Positions 1 through 9,365 are shown, counted from the stretch's first letter. The stretch is DNA of 29,308 bases from Alkalispirochaeta sp. (GCA_965242725.1 CBDESZ010000019.1:1-29308), one strand, 5' to 3'. Program-made: numbers and translations. Notes: generated by a model not told the origin, from the sequence alone.

Positions 1-854
1 GCGCGGGCTATCATGGGGGTCGGTGCGTCGTGGTCTCAGGTTTTCCGGATCACCGGTTTCATCTATGTGGCGATTGTTGTCGCCAGTTTGCGGTGGCTCC
101 GGGTGTACGGGAAGATAAAACCGGTGGGGAGAACCGGTGTGGGCGGCGCTACCGGTACGGTTGGCGCGGCCCCAGCTGCGGGAGGCGCGTCCCCAGGTGC
201 CGCCGGCGCGGCTGGTGCGGCCGGCGCGGCGCGGGCCCCCACGGCCGTTCCCGGTACGGGAGGTGAGGCGCGGGCCCCCACGGCCGTTCCCGCGGTTGCC
301 ATCATGGGCGGAGTTCTCTTCTTCTACGCCATTCATCAGGTCGGCATCACCTCATGGGTGCCGTATTTTCTTGAATCCGCCCGGGGCGCCGGGCCGGGCA
401 TTGCGAGCATCGGACTGTCCGCCTATTGGATCGGAATTATCCTCGGCCGATTCAGCGCCTCCCGCATCGTGGAACGATCAGGGGCGTACGCGCTGCTTGT
501 GGGCGGATGTATTCTCTCGGCACTGGCGACGCTGGGGCGGTCTACGCGGGACAACCGGGCGTCGCTCTGGTCTTCCTGATTGCGGGCGGTGCGACAAGCG
601 GGGCGACGATCCCCCTCGGTTACGGTATTGCCTATCGGTTCTATCCCGCCCGTACGAGCGTGGTGACCGCCTTCATGTCGCTGTTGATGCTTGCCGGACG
701 CGTTCTCGGTCCCTGGATTGTCGGCATCGTTGCCGACGAGGCCGGCCTTGTCGTCGCGATGACGATAACCGGGGGAGCTCTCGTCTTTTCCGCAGGACTT
801 GGCGGAATCGTGTGGATCTGGAGCCGTTCCGCGCGTTCCCCGGCGGCGACGTGA
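1..854 (+). CDS. MFS transporter, C-terminal part (5' end outside window; one apparent frameshift at ~534-537)
   Basis: Successive hydrophobic helices with MFS-like loops (WVPYFLESARG, GIILGRFSASRIVERSG, GRVLGPWIVGIVADEAG). ORF 13..579 (...LATLG) joins ORF 426..854 (AVYAGQPGVALVFL...) if one G is added to the G-run at 534-537. FucP/TsgA-like. Confidence 0.8.
228..292 (+). repeat. 26-bp exact direct repeat (period 39 bp) in the MFS central loop
   Basis: GGCGCGGGCCCCCACGGCCGTTCCCG at 228-253 and 267-292; encodes ARAPTAVP twice. Confidence 0.9.
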
Positions 855-910
855 ACGGTGCGATATGAATGATCAGGTGTGGACGAGGTGGCGTGTATGA
901 CGTCGCCGGA

Positions 911-937
911 AAAGACGTTGTAGAAGGCGCCGTCTTT
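911..937. terminator. Possible weak bidirectional terminator between convergent genes
   Basis: AAAGACG (911-917) and CGTCTTT (931-937) form an inverted repeat between the MFS stop (854) and the dUTPase-like stop (947). Confidence 0.3.
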
Positions 938-946
938 ACATTGCGG

Positions 947-1399
947 TTACGTTTCCAGGATCAGCAGTTTTGAGACCCGGGCGTTCTCCTTGATAGCGCA
1001 CCCGGCGCTCCCCACGGTCAGCAGTGTTTCCATCGCTTTGCGGGGACCACGGAAATAAAAGGTGGGATGATCCGCGCCGGCCGCAAGAAGCCGTTCATGG
1101 GGTTGCACAAAGGCGATGTGACGCTCCTCCAGATCGGGACGTTCATTGTACCGCAGACGGTACGTGCCGGGCGCGAGTTTCCACCAGCCGTAGGTATCGT
1201 CATCGTTCTTCTTCACCGGCGCGATCGGCTCGCCACCGGCGGCGGCAAACTCCGATCCGCCAAAGTCCACGGCGCCGGCCACCGTGAGCCGTTCAACCGC
1301 CGCAACGGTGAGGTCCGTCTCAAAATCGTGCTGCTGATGCTTTTCCGAAATCACCCCGCCGAGGAAGTGCGCTACGTCGGAACCCTTCAAATACTTCAT
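947..1399 (-). CDS. dCTP deaminase/dUTPase-fold protein (trimeric beta-clip superfamily), 150 aa
   Basis: ATG at 1399 after AGGAGGAAGAA. Motifs DLTV...VDFGG, WWKLAPGTYRLRYNE and IKENARVSKL resemble the short archaeal-type dCTP deaminase/dUTPase family. The longer 1648 start overlaps the neighbouring gene. Confidence 0.7.
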   Translation of the reverse strand: MKYLKGSDVAHFLGGVISEKHQQHDFETDLTVAAVERLTVAGAVDFGGSEFAAAGGEPIAPVKKNDDDTYGWWKLAPGTYRLRYNERPDLEERHIAFVQPHERLLAAGADHPTFYFRGPRKAMETLLTVGSAGCAIKENARVSKLLILET

Positions 1400-1424
1400 T
1401 TCTTCCTCCTGTATATCGAACACG

Positions 1425-1433
1425 AGTGTAACA
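1425..1433 (-). promoter_or_regulatory. Putative extended -10 promoter (TG-T-TACACT) of the dUTPase-like gene
   Basis: Minus strand reads catGTTACACTcgtgttcgatatacAGGAGG, with the -10 about 25 nt before the start codon. Confidence 0.4.
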
Positions 1434-1449
1434 TGACGCCCGACCGCGG

Positions 1450-2956
1450 TCAGGAATGAACCGGCCCGGCCGCGGTGAAGCTCTTCCCGTCGCGCCGACA
1501 CAGAAGCTGTACGGTGTGACTCCCGGACATGACGGCGGTGGGTATGCCGCCTCCGGGATTGACCCACTGCCCCGCCATGTACAGGCCGTCGAGTCCGGGG
1601 AGTGTCTTTTTCATCGGCTTTGTCAGGTTTTCCGCATCGATCATCCATCCCTCATAGGAACCCCGCCAGTTGCCCGTGTATCGCTCCCATGTGACGGGGG
1701 TGGCCACATCGGTCATTTCGATGCGCCCGCCGATGCCGGGAAATCGCCCGTTCAGACCGGCCACGACCTCCGACGCAATCCGCTCCTTTTCCGCCGCGTA
1801 ATCGCGGGGTCTTCCGCGGAGATCACGCCAGTAGTCATAGTCTGTTTCATACTGGACGACGAGGACGGTCCTGCCCGCCGGCGCCAGGGTCGGGTCAAAG
1901 CGGTAGGTCCTGACACACATCGTCGTTTCCTCTTTTCCGGCGATCACGATCGGTTGTTTGAGGGGGAAAATCAGTCCGTCGATCGTATCCGGTACCTCCT
2001 CCGCAGTGTCCGCCATTCCGAAGGCGATATATATGAGGGGGTTGAACAGCTTCGGGTGGTCATAGCGCGCCGTGATATCGTCATCGACATATCTGCCGTC
2101 AAGCATGTCGAATATCGTCGTCCGACCGTCCGCGGCCGATATGATCCAGTCCGCACGGTATTCCCTCCCGTCTGCCAGACGGACGCCGACTGCGCGGTCC
2201 CCTTCCACAAGGATCTTCTCCACCCGCGCGCTGAACTCAATGTCACCTCCAAGCTCGGCGTATCGCTTTTCGAGGGAGGTTGTGATCGTCTTTGCCCCGC
2301 CGATGATATACCCCGCCGCCTTGCGGTGCTGCCAGCCGAGAAGCATGAAGAGAGATGAAAAGGGGACCGTCGGGCCAGAAGAGGCGGGGCAGCACCTCCC
2401 TGAGAAAGGGACTCTGCAGGCTTCGGGCAAAGTCGTTTACGGTCCGGCGACTCCATTTTCTTATAAACCACATGAGCGGCACCATTCGCACCATCTTCAC
2501 CATGTCCACAAAACCGTAGAGTTCCGTCGGCTTGTCCGCGGGCATGGTAAACCTGGCGACACGCCGAATCGCGCCGGTGAACCGCCGTATTGCCCGGCGG
2601 TCTTCAGGAGCGATTTCCAGCATGTGCCGCTCCAGTCGGTCGGCGTCGCAGTAGACCGTGAAGGCTGCACCATTTTGGTCTTCCACCACCGCGAGCCGGT
2701 CATGGTTGAAGACGGTCCATTCTCCCGCCACCCCGAGCTCTTCCCAGAAGCGGTGAAAGGGCTCGTCCGGCGCGGTTCCGACCACCCAGTTGACCGCACC
2801 GTCGATTGTGTAGCCCTTCCGTTCCCATGCGGTGCACACGCCGCCGGCGTGGCGATCCATTTCGAGGATTGTCGTCCGATAGTTGTTCATTCGGCCGTAA
2901 CAGCCCGCGGAAAGTCCGGTCAGCCCCGCACCGATAACGATAACTGACTTTTCCAT
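1450..2956 (-). CDS. NAD(P)/FAD-dependent oxidoreductase, phytoene desaturase (CrtI/COG1233) family, ~500 aa; apparent frameshift at ~2367-2368
   Basis: N-terminal VIVIGAGLTG and GGVCTAWERKGYTIDG; C-terminal TPVTWERYTGNWRGSYEG and GLYMAGQWVNPGGGIP. Removing one extra G joins ...LFWPD to VPFSSLFMLL... Confidence 0.85.
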
Positions 2957-2965
2957 ATGCCTACT

Positions 2966-2971
2966 ATTCTA
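2966..2971 (-). promoter_or_regulatory. Putative -10 element (TAGAAT) 9 nt before the oxidoreductase ATG
   Basis: gcgTAGAATagtaggcatATG on the minus strand. No strong SD and no good -35 seen. Confidence 0.35.
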
Positions 2972-2996
2972 CGCCCGCCACCTAAAAATGTGGTAA

Positions 2997-4148
2997 TTAT
3001 TTGAGGAAGCGATAGGGATTCCACGGGTACGCCCGCGCTTCACCCTCGAAGTCGTAGGGTATGGTGGAATTGTCGTTCCCGGGGAAGAGGGCGCCGTCGA
3101 TTCCAAAGGCATCGACGACCGACTGATGGGTCAGTCGTTCCGTTTCCTCCGGCCCCACCTCCTCAAGCAGCCGATCCCGGAGCAGACGGAACGCCGGCAG
3201 ACCCGGCAGACCCGCCGCACCACCCAGTTTATCGTGAAAGGTATGCGGCGCGTGATCACTTTCGATCCAGTCGAATTTCCCCGCCAGGAGACGCTCCCGG
3301 AGCGCCCACCGCCGTTCTTCATCCCGGAGCGGCGGATTGACGAGCCATTCCGGATGGGGCGAGCGGCGGGCGACCTCCTCGTTCAACAGAAGATGTTGGG
3401 GCGTGACTCCCGCCCGAAGGCGGAAGGGTATGGCGTCGCGTGCCGCGGAGGCCCGGGCTGCGTCTTTTTGGACCTCGCCTTCCCGGGCCGCGGTGTCATG
3501 GAGGGCTGCCGCGCCCCGGGCTGCGGCGATCGCGTCAATTCCTTCCGGGGTGCTGACGTGGCAGAAATGGATGCTCCCCTGAAAGCCCGCCGCCCTGGCC
3601 AGATCGATGTGGCGATGAATGGAATCGATTTCCGCCTCCGGTGGGCGCGCCCGACTGTGAGAGCGGGGGGTTGAAGGGTCATACCGTTCCGGCCGGAGAA
3701 GTTCTTCAGTCTCCGCGTGTATCGCCACAACCCCCGTATACGATTCTCCGGCAAGGACGGACCACACACCTCGCTGCTCCTGGAGGGAGACAACTCCCAT
3801 CCGACCCGTGCTGTGGCCGGCATAGAACTTGAGGCCTACCACCCGCGGGAAGAGACGGCGCTGAAGCGCGACGATCCGTGACAGCTGGCGGGCGTCTGCG
3901 GTAATGCCCGCGTAGAGTCCGTGAAAGATATCCGCATCGGGGCGGGCGGTGCGGCGGAGCGCGCGACGCGCGGCGTCGGCATCCGCGATTCTGCGCAGGA
4001 TCGTCTCCTCCGCCGTGAGGGGCGGGTCGGTGTTGGGCATTTCAAAAAGCGCGACGATTCCCGCCCGCCAGGCAACGGTGAAAGCGTGCTTCAGCGTCTC
4101 CTTCTGTTTCTGATTCCAGTCTCTCAAGTGGACGTGGGGATCAATCAT
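2997..4148 (-). CDS. pyrC: Dihydroorotase, 383 aa
   Basis: IDPHVHLRD, EMPNTDPP, GLKFY, IHAE, HFCHVST, VTPQHL, VNPPLR, ESDHAPH. ATG at 4148 follows AAGGAG and overlaps the pyrD-K stop. Lies in the pyr operon. Confidence 0.93.
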   Translation of the reverse strand: MIDPHVHLRDWNQKQKETLKHAFTVAWRAGIVALFEMPNTDPPLTAEETILRRIADADAARRALRRTARPDADIFHGLYAGITADARQLSRIVALQRRLFPRVVGLKFYAGHSTGRMGVVSLQEQRGVWSVLAGESYTGVVAIHAETEELLRPERYDPSTPRSHSRARPPEAEIDSIHRHIDLARAAGFQGSIHFCHVSTPEGIDAIAAARGAAALHDTAAREGEVQKDAARASAARDAIPFRLRAGVTPQHLLLNEEVARRSPHPEWLVNPPLRDEERRWALRERLLAGKFDWIESDHAPHTFHDKLGGAAGLPGLPAFRLLRDRLLEEVGPEETERLTHQSVVDAFGIDGALFPGNDNSTIPYDFEGEARAYPWNPYRFLK

Positions 4149-6012
4149 GGGTATCTCCTTCATCGTCGCGGACAATCGTGCCGAACTGACACGTCAGCCT
4201 TCCGTGATGGTGACACTCGCCGCACACCCCGATGCCGCAGCGCATGGAGCGTTCCAGGGAGAGAAAAATGTGCGGCGACGCTGAGGATGGGGACAAAACG
4301 GGGGCCGGTGCGGAGGAAGTGGCGGCTGGCATGACCGGCGAGGCCCCGCCGGTGCCGCGTATTCTTCGTACGCCCTCGGCCATGAACGCCTCCGGTCCGA
4401 CGAGATAGACGGCGTCCGGGCAAAAATCCGCCATAACAGGGGCGACGTGGTTCAGCACACCGCCGTCTTCGTCGTCGGTGATGTACCGGGTGGGGCCGTA
4501 GCGGGCGAGCTCCTGTTCCACGGCGCCCTCCGCGATTGGATGACGAAGACCGACGAGTGTAGTGACGGCGCCGCCGCCCCCGGTAATGAGGCGGGCCAGT
4601 GCCGGGAGCGCGGCGGCGCCGCTCCCCCCGCCGACCAGCAACACCCTTGTATGCGCGGAAGGAGTATGGACATCGCCGTAGGGTCCCCGGACAAAGACCG
4701 CATCTCCCGGGCGCAGCGCCCCCAATGCCCGGGTCACCCTTCCGCGGCGCTTGATCAAAAAGGTCACCGGTTCACCCAGGGCCGGGGCGAAGGGCTTTTC
4801 CCCGACACCGGGAAGCCACAAAAAGACCGTCTGACCCGGTCCGCACTCAATGGCGCCGTGGCTGTCCTCGGCCCCGTCGAGAGAAAGTTCAAAGAATCCG
4901 TCCCCCAGTTCCCTTGTTTCGGCGACTGCAAACCGTCGATATGTGTTCCGGTTGCCGGGCGGGCGATCGATAGAAGCAGGTGACGTCGTCGATGTGGAAC
5001 CGCCGGCGGGGGCGGGCGCATCAGCCTTCACCGACAACCCCGCCAGATAGGCCGCCCAGTATCGCTGATGTATGCCGGCAAGGGCGCTTCCAACCCCGAC
5101 GACATCGGCGCCGGCCCGCCGCATCTTGTCGACGTGGTCTCTTGTAGAAACACCGCCCATCCCGATAATGACGGGCCGTTCGCCAATTGCCCGGCGGATA
5201 TTCGCTACCCCTTCGCAGGCGGCGTCAAATATCCATGCGCCGCTCTTGCCGCCCATTCCACCCCGGGGATTGGCAAGGATTGTCGTGTCGGTGCCGGCGT
5301 GCCGCGGCGATACGGGGCCGACGGTGTTGATTGCCGCTATGCCTGTCGCTCCGGCTTCGATCGCGACCGTCGCAAACTCCCCGATCCGTGGAACATTGGG
5401 GGTAAGCTTTACGAGGACGGGTATCTCCGGGACGGCTTTCACAACTGCGCGCGTAATCGATGCGATCGCTACGCGGTCCCGCCCGATATCGGCACCGTAC
5501 CCCTTTGTCGCATGTGGACAGGAGTAATTGAGTTCCAGGAGGTCCGCCACCGGCGCCGCGGTAACGGCCATGGCAACAAACTCATCGGCGTTCCTACCGG
5601 AAATCGAGACGTTCAGGAGTGCCGAAACGCTGTAATGGCCCGGCGCCGTCACACCTGCCTGGCGCGCCATTCCTGCCGGCGGCGCCGCTCCCGCCGACCG
5701 CCTTCGCAGCTCCGTCAGTTCTCCCACACCCGTTTCTATACCGGGATTTCTCAGTCCCACGGCGTTAACGAATGACCCTCTTTCAACCTCCGTAATAATA
5801 GGCTCCGGATAGCCGGGATTCGGGACCGTCTGATAGCTCTTTGTCGTGATCACGGCGATCGTCGTGTTGCGGTCGAACCATTCGATCATCCCCGCAGTGG
5901 TGGACGCCACACCGCTCACCGTTCCAATGGGTACGCCGCCCGCCGTCGGATCGGACGCCCGGGCGGCCGTCACTGCAGCGATTCGCCGTCGGAGACGTTC
6001 GATCACATCCAT
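4141..6012 (-). CDS. pyrD: Fused dihydroorotate dehydrogenase catalytic subunit (PyrD) + electron-transfer subunit (PyrK), 623 aa
   Basis: N-terminal half: TTKS, NAVGLRNPG, ELNYSCPH, VKLTPN, AINT, GGKSG, IIGMGGV. C-terminal half: PGQTVFLWLPGVGEKPF, VRGPYG, VGGGSG and the [2Fe-2S] motif LERSMRCGIGVCGEC...C. One uninterrupted ORF. Confidence 0.9.
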   Translation of the reverse strand: MDVIERLRRRIAAVTAARASDPTAGGVPIGTVSGVASTTAGMIEWFDRNTTIAVITTKSYQTVPNPGYPEPIITEVERGSFVNAVGLRNPGIETGVGELTELRRRSAGAAPPAGMARQAGVTAPGHYSVSALLNVSISGRNADEFVAMAVTAAPVADLLELNYSCPHATKGYGADIGRDRVAIASITRAVVKAVPEIPVLVKLTPNVPRIGEFATVAIEAGATGIAAINTVGPVSPRHAGTDTTILANPRGGMGGKSGAWIFDAACEGVANIRRAIGERPVIIGMGGVSTRDHVDKMRRAGADVVGVGSALAGIHQRYWAAYLAGLSVKADAPAPAGGSTSTTSPASIDRPPGNRNTYRRFAVAETRELGDGFFELSLDGAEDSHGAIECGPGQTVFLWLPGVGEKPFAPALGEPVTFLIKRRGRVTRALGALRPGDAVFVRGPYGDVHTPSAHTRVLLVGGGSGAAALPALARLITGGGGAVTTLVGLRHPIAEGAVEQELARYGPTRYITDDEDGGVLNHVAPVMADFCPDAVYLVGPEAFMAEGVRRIRGTGGASPVMPAATSSAPAPVLSPSSASPHIFLSLERSMRCGIGVCGECHHHGRLTCQFGTIVRDDEGDTHD

Positions 6013-6998
6013 CGGAACGCCTCGTGGATGTCTCCGTATGCCCGTCCGACGCGGGAGAGCGTTTCATTCCGGGAGGGCGAATCGACGTCGGCGGCGGTAA
6101 TCTTTCGGGAGACATTGATCCGTACGAGGGACGGATCGTAGCCGGTTGCCCGAACGGCGTCCATCACCGCTCCGGCGGACGCCCCCTGGGCGCCGACACC
6201 TGGAATGAGGATGGGAACTCCGTGGGGTTGAAAATACTCGAGGAGGGCCGCGAGTTCACTCATTGCCGTTGCGCCGACGACGGCACCGGCGCATCGATAG
6301 TGTCCGTGCCATTCCACGATCGCCCGGGCGATGGAGTCAAAGAGGCGCCCCTCCGAGAAATGGAGGTCCTGAAAACGCCTCGCCCCGGAATTGCTGGTAC
6401 GAGTGAGGATGTAGACCCACCGCCCGGCCCGGGATGCGGCCGTCAGGAACGGTTCCACCGAGTCGTCGCCCATCAGGGGCGAGACGGTCACGGCGTCGGC
6501 ATTCCAGCAGTCGAATGCTTCTTCCGCGTAGCCCCAACTCGACTCCGCGATGTCGCCCCGTTTTGCGTCAAGAATGACGGGAATCCCGGGAAACTCCCGT
6601 CTCATCCGCCCAAGAAGTGCCGCCAGGAGCCGGGAACCGCCGTAGTAATCTTCAAGGGGCCGGTCGAGGCGGTGAAAATAGGCGATATTCGGCTTCCACG
6701 CGCCGGGAATCCGTTTCGTCTCCGCGATTGTATCCAGCAGCGTGTGGTAGTAGTCGGCCAGGTCCTCCACGATCGCCGCACGGTGGTCGGCGGTCGCGGT
6801 TTTCCCGTTGCGGCCTCCTCCGTCGTGACTACCTCCCCCTTCATTCCCGTCGCCGGCGCCGTTCGTCCCGCCCGCCGCCGGGGCGTGCTTCTGTTGAAAC
6901 GCGGCGGGCAGGAGGTCTACCCGCGGATCCAGACCGACACAGAGAAGACTTCCCGCCGTACGGGCGGATTCACCAAGTACAGTGGCCGCGTCACCCAT
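6003..6998 (-). CDS. pyrF: Orotidine-5'-phosphate decarboxylase, 331 aa
   Basis: LCVGLDP, KPNIAYF, catalytic DAKRGDI, RTSN, GAVVGAT, ILIPGVGAQG, INVSR. ATG at 6998 follows AAGGAG. Confidence 0.95.
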   Translation of the reverse strand: MGDAATVLGESARTAGSLLCVGLDPRVDLLPAAFQQKHAPAAGGTNGAGDGNEGGGSHDGGGRNGKTATADHRAAIVEDLADYYHTLLDTIAETKRIPGAWKPNIAYFHRLDRPLEDYYGGSRLLAALLGRMRREFPGIPVILDAKRGDIAESSWGYAEEAFDCWNADAVTVSPLMGDDSVEPFLTAASRAGRWVYILTRTSNSGARRFQDLHFSEGRLFDSIARAIVEWHGHYRCAGAVVGATAMSELAALLEYFQPHGVPILIPGVGAQGASAGAVMDAVRATGYDPSLVRINVSRKITAADVDSPSRNETLSRVGRAYGDIHEAFRWM

Positions 6999-7704
6999 CG
7001 ATATGCTCCTTCTCGCACCGGGCCGTGCCGTTTTGACCCGGCCTGTACCGCTCCCACCAGCCGAATGGATCGGCCATCCATTCACGAAGACGGGCGATCT
7101 CTGAAGGGGGCAGCACACCCGTCTCCGCCGCGTGTTCGATCAGGCCGTCCATGGTGACCAGGGGGAAGAGGGGCGGTGATCCGGGAAGGCGGGCGAGTCG
7201 TTCCGCGCCGCGGGAAAAGCCGTAGCTGAAGACCGCCACGCAGGCAATCACCCGTGCTCCCGCGGCGCTGAGGGCTTCCCCCGCCCGGGCGCTGCTTCCA
7301 CCGGTGGACACGAGATCTTCCACGAGGATCACATTCCGCCCGTCCAGCTCGCCCTCACCGGCCCCTTCCACGCCGAGTTTCATGCCGTGATCCTTCGGTG
7401 CGGTACGGACGTAGTACAAACGCGTTTCAAGTGCGTCCGCCAGCGCCGTCGCCGGAGCGATCCCCGCGCTGGCCGTTCCGGCGATACCGTCATACCTCAG
7501 ACCTTCACGGTCCAGGATCCGACGGAACCCTTCCGTCACGAGGCGGCGTGCCTTCCAGTGGGAGAGCAGCCGCCGATTGTCGTTGTAGACCGGCATGTAA
7601 TGGCCCGATGCCCAGAGAAAGGGGGCCGACGGTGACAGCGCGAGCGCGCCGATTTCCAGGCTCATGGCAATGAGTTCCTCCGCAATGGTTCTTTCTTCAT
7701 TCAT
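6991..7704 (-). CDS. pyrE: Orotate phosphoribosyltransferase (alternative start 7710)
   Basis: PFLWASG, PVYNDNRR, GTASAGI, YVR..PKDHG and PRPP loop LVEDLVSTGGS. ATG at 7704 forms an ATGA overlap with the pyrBI stop. Confidence 0.95.
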   Translation of the reverse strand: MNEERTIAEELIAMSLEIGALALSPSAPFLWASGHYMPVYNDNRRLLSHWKARRLVTEGFRRILDREGLRYDGIAGTASAGIAPATALADALETRLYYVRTAPKDHGMKLGVEGAGEGELDGRNVILVEDLVSTGGSSARAGEALSAAGARVIACVAVFSYGFSRGAERLARLPGSPPLFPLVTMDGLIEHAAETGVLPPSEIARLREWMADPFGWWERYRPGQNGTARCEKEHIDG

Positions 7705-9365
7705 GTCCATATCTCCCTGAAGTCATGGTCGGTGCTGCAGTATTCGCACTCATAACGATCCCTGTCGGATGCGGTAAATGACGGCAGAATGTGTTCGCCG
7801 TGGTCGGGGTTGGTGATGCAGGTCTCGTTCCTGCATCGCAGGCCCGGAATATCCGCGATACGCCTGGGGCGTATGAGCCGCAGCTTTCGCCGAACGCTGC
7901 CGTCGCGTACGATATTCACCGTCCCCCCCGGGACCACCGCGGCAATTGCCTCCAGCGTCCGGTCCGAAGGTTCCCCGTAGTCCGGCCGGAAGAGGAGTCC
8001 CTTCGGCCGGCCGTCGGAGCCGGTGGAAACCCACTCGCCTCCGCGACCGTCGAGACGGGCAACCGACTGAATCGTCCCCATGTGGCTGCGAATCGCTGCG
8101 GGATCTTCACCGACACATATATGGTCGATGACGATGCCGTTCTGAATCGGTCGTATTCCTTCGGAGTAGTGCCGTCCCTTTCCGCCTTCCGTCCGATCCT
8201 TTGGAGGAACTTCCCGGATACACCCTTCTTCCTTCGGCGCGGCGGCTCCGACGGGCCCGTCGTAGTCCTGACCGATCTTCCCGGCCACCATCGCCAGCAG
8301 GACGATACGCACCAGATAGCCATTTGCGGACTGTCGCTCCCATCCGTTGAGGTGCGTTTCGTCGAGAGAACGGGGAATTGTCGGAAACTCACGGTGTCTC
8401 GGCAGGGGGTGGTAGAAGCGCGTCTCCCGGGAGACCGAGGGAATGAGGTCGTGTGTAAAGGTGATCGCTTCCCGCAGCTCATCCTGCCTGCGGAGCACCC
8501 GCTCGCCCATGCGCTCCAATTGGGGCCGGGTGAAGTACCACTGATTCGCCACGTCGCCGCTCTCGAGATACTCCCTGATCGAAGTGAATGTCCTGACGCG
8601 GAATCCCTTGTTCTGCATCACCCGAACGTACCCGGCGGGCATCGCCAGTTCCGGCGGGGCGATCAGATCGACGGCCACCGATGAGAAGAGGTCGAGACCG
8701 TGGACCTTGGAGTGCACCGTCCGTCCGTTGTAGAGGTCTCCCACCATGGCGAGGTGTATGGAATCATGTGACCACTCGAGGTCCTCGAGGAACGTAAACT
8801 CGTCCAGCAGCTCCTGTGTCGGATGCTCGTGCCGACCGTCTCCCGCATTGATAAAGGACACACCCGCCGTGACGTTATTTCGGCGACGGTACTTTTCCGT
8901 CTCCTGGGCGAGGTGGCGGCAGACTCCCTCAAGGGGCGTCCGCAGGACAAAGACGCGGTTGTCATAGCCGATGAGATTGGCGATGGTGTCGGCGTAACTT
9001 TCCTTCTTGTTGAACGAGGAAGTTTCCGCGTGAAGTTCCGAGAACTTGATGCGATGAAAAAGCGCGGCGTTCTTGAAGGACTCCCGCGTCCGGGTACTGT
9101 CCTCAAGAAAGATTTCATACATGCCGAAATCCGGATCGGCGATACGGAAACTCTCCACCATCTCCCTCGCGGCGGCGCGCCCCCTGTCGGTCTCCACCAT
9201 CTCCCTCGCGGCGGTGTCTCCCCGGTTGGCTTCAGCCCCTTCCCGTGCGGTAACAGCAAGCGCCCCTTTGAGCGCCCGGGTCTTGCCGTACAGGTAGAGC
9301 CGCTCATACCGATTGAAATCCCCGACGGCGTTCAGGGAGCGGCCATAAAACGGATTCGGACTCAT
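7701..9365 (-). CDS. pyrB: Bifunctional aspartate carbamoyltransferase catalytic + regulatory chain fusion (PyrBI), 554 aa
   Basis: EDSTRTRESF, KKES, NAGDGRHEHPTQ, GDL...RTVHS, YFTRPQLER, YHPLP, then PyrI-like IRPIQNGIVIDHI and Zn ligands CRNETC / CEYC. ATG at 9365 follows AAAGGAGG. Confidence 0.95.
   Translation of the reverse strand: MSPNPFYGRSLNAVGDFNRYERLYLYGKTRALKGALAVTAREGAEANRGDTAAREMVETDRGRAAAREMVESFRIADPDFGMYEIFLEDSTRTRESFKNAALFHRIKFSELHAETSSFNKKESYADTIANLIGYDNRVFVLRTPLEGVCRHLAQETEKYRRRNNVTAGVSFINAGDGRHEHPTQELLDEFTFLEDLEWSHDSIHLAMVGDLYNGRTVHSKVHGLDLFSSVAVDLIAPPELAMPAGYVRVMQNKGFRVRTFTSIREYLESGDVANQWYFTRPQLERMGERVLRRQDELREAITFTHDLIPSVSRETRFYHPLPRHREFPTIPRSLDETHLNGWERQSANGYLVRIVLLAMVAGKIGQDYDGPVGAAAPKEEGCIREVPPKDRTEGGKGRHYSEGIRPIQNGIVIDHICVGEDPAAIRSHMGTIQSVARLDGRGGEWVSTGSDGRPKGLLFRPDYGEPSDRTLEAIAAVVPGGTVNIVRDGSVRRKLRLIRPRRIADIPGLRCRNETCITNPDHGEHILPSFTASDRDRYECEYCSTDHDFREIWT
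9150..9257 (-). repeat. 39-bp (13-codon) tandem repeat, ~2.8 copies, inside the PyrB N-terminus
   Basis: AVTAREGAEANRG / DTAAREMVETDRG / RAAAREMVES. 24 bp are identical at 9152-9175 and 9191-9214. Confidence 0.85.

Noticed and set aside
6999..7118. Longer ORF-track start for pyrF (likewise for pyrC 4175, AKR 19365, methyltransferase 19386, dUTPase-like 1648)
   Set aside because: These overlap neighbouring genes or promoters, while the downstream ATGs have SD sequences and match family N-termini.
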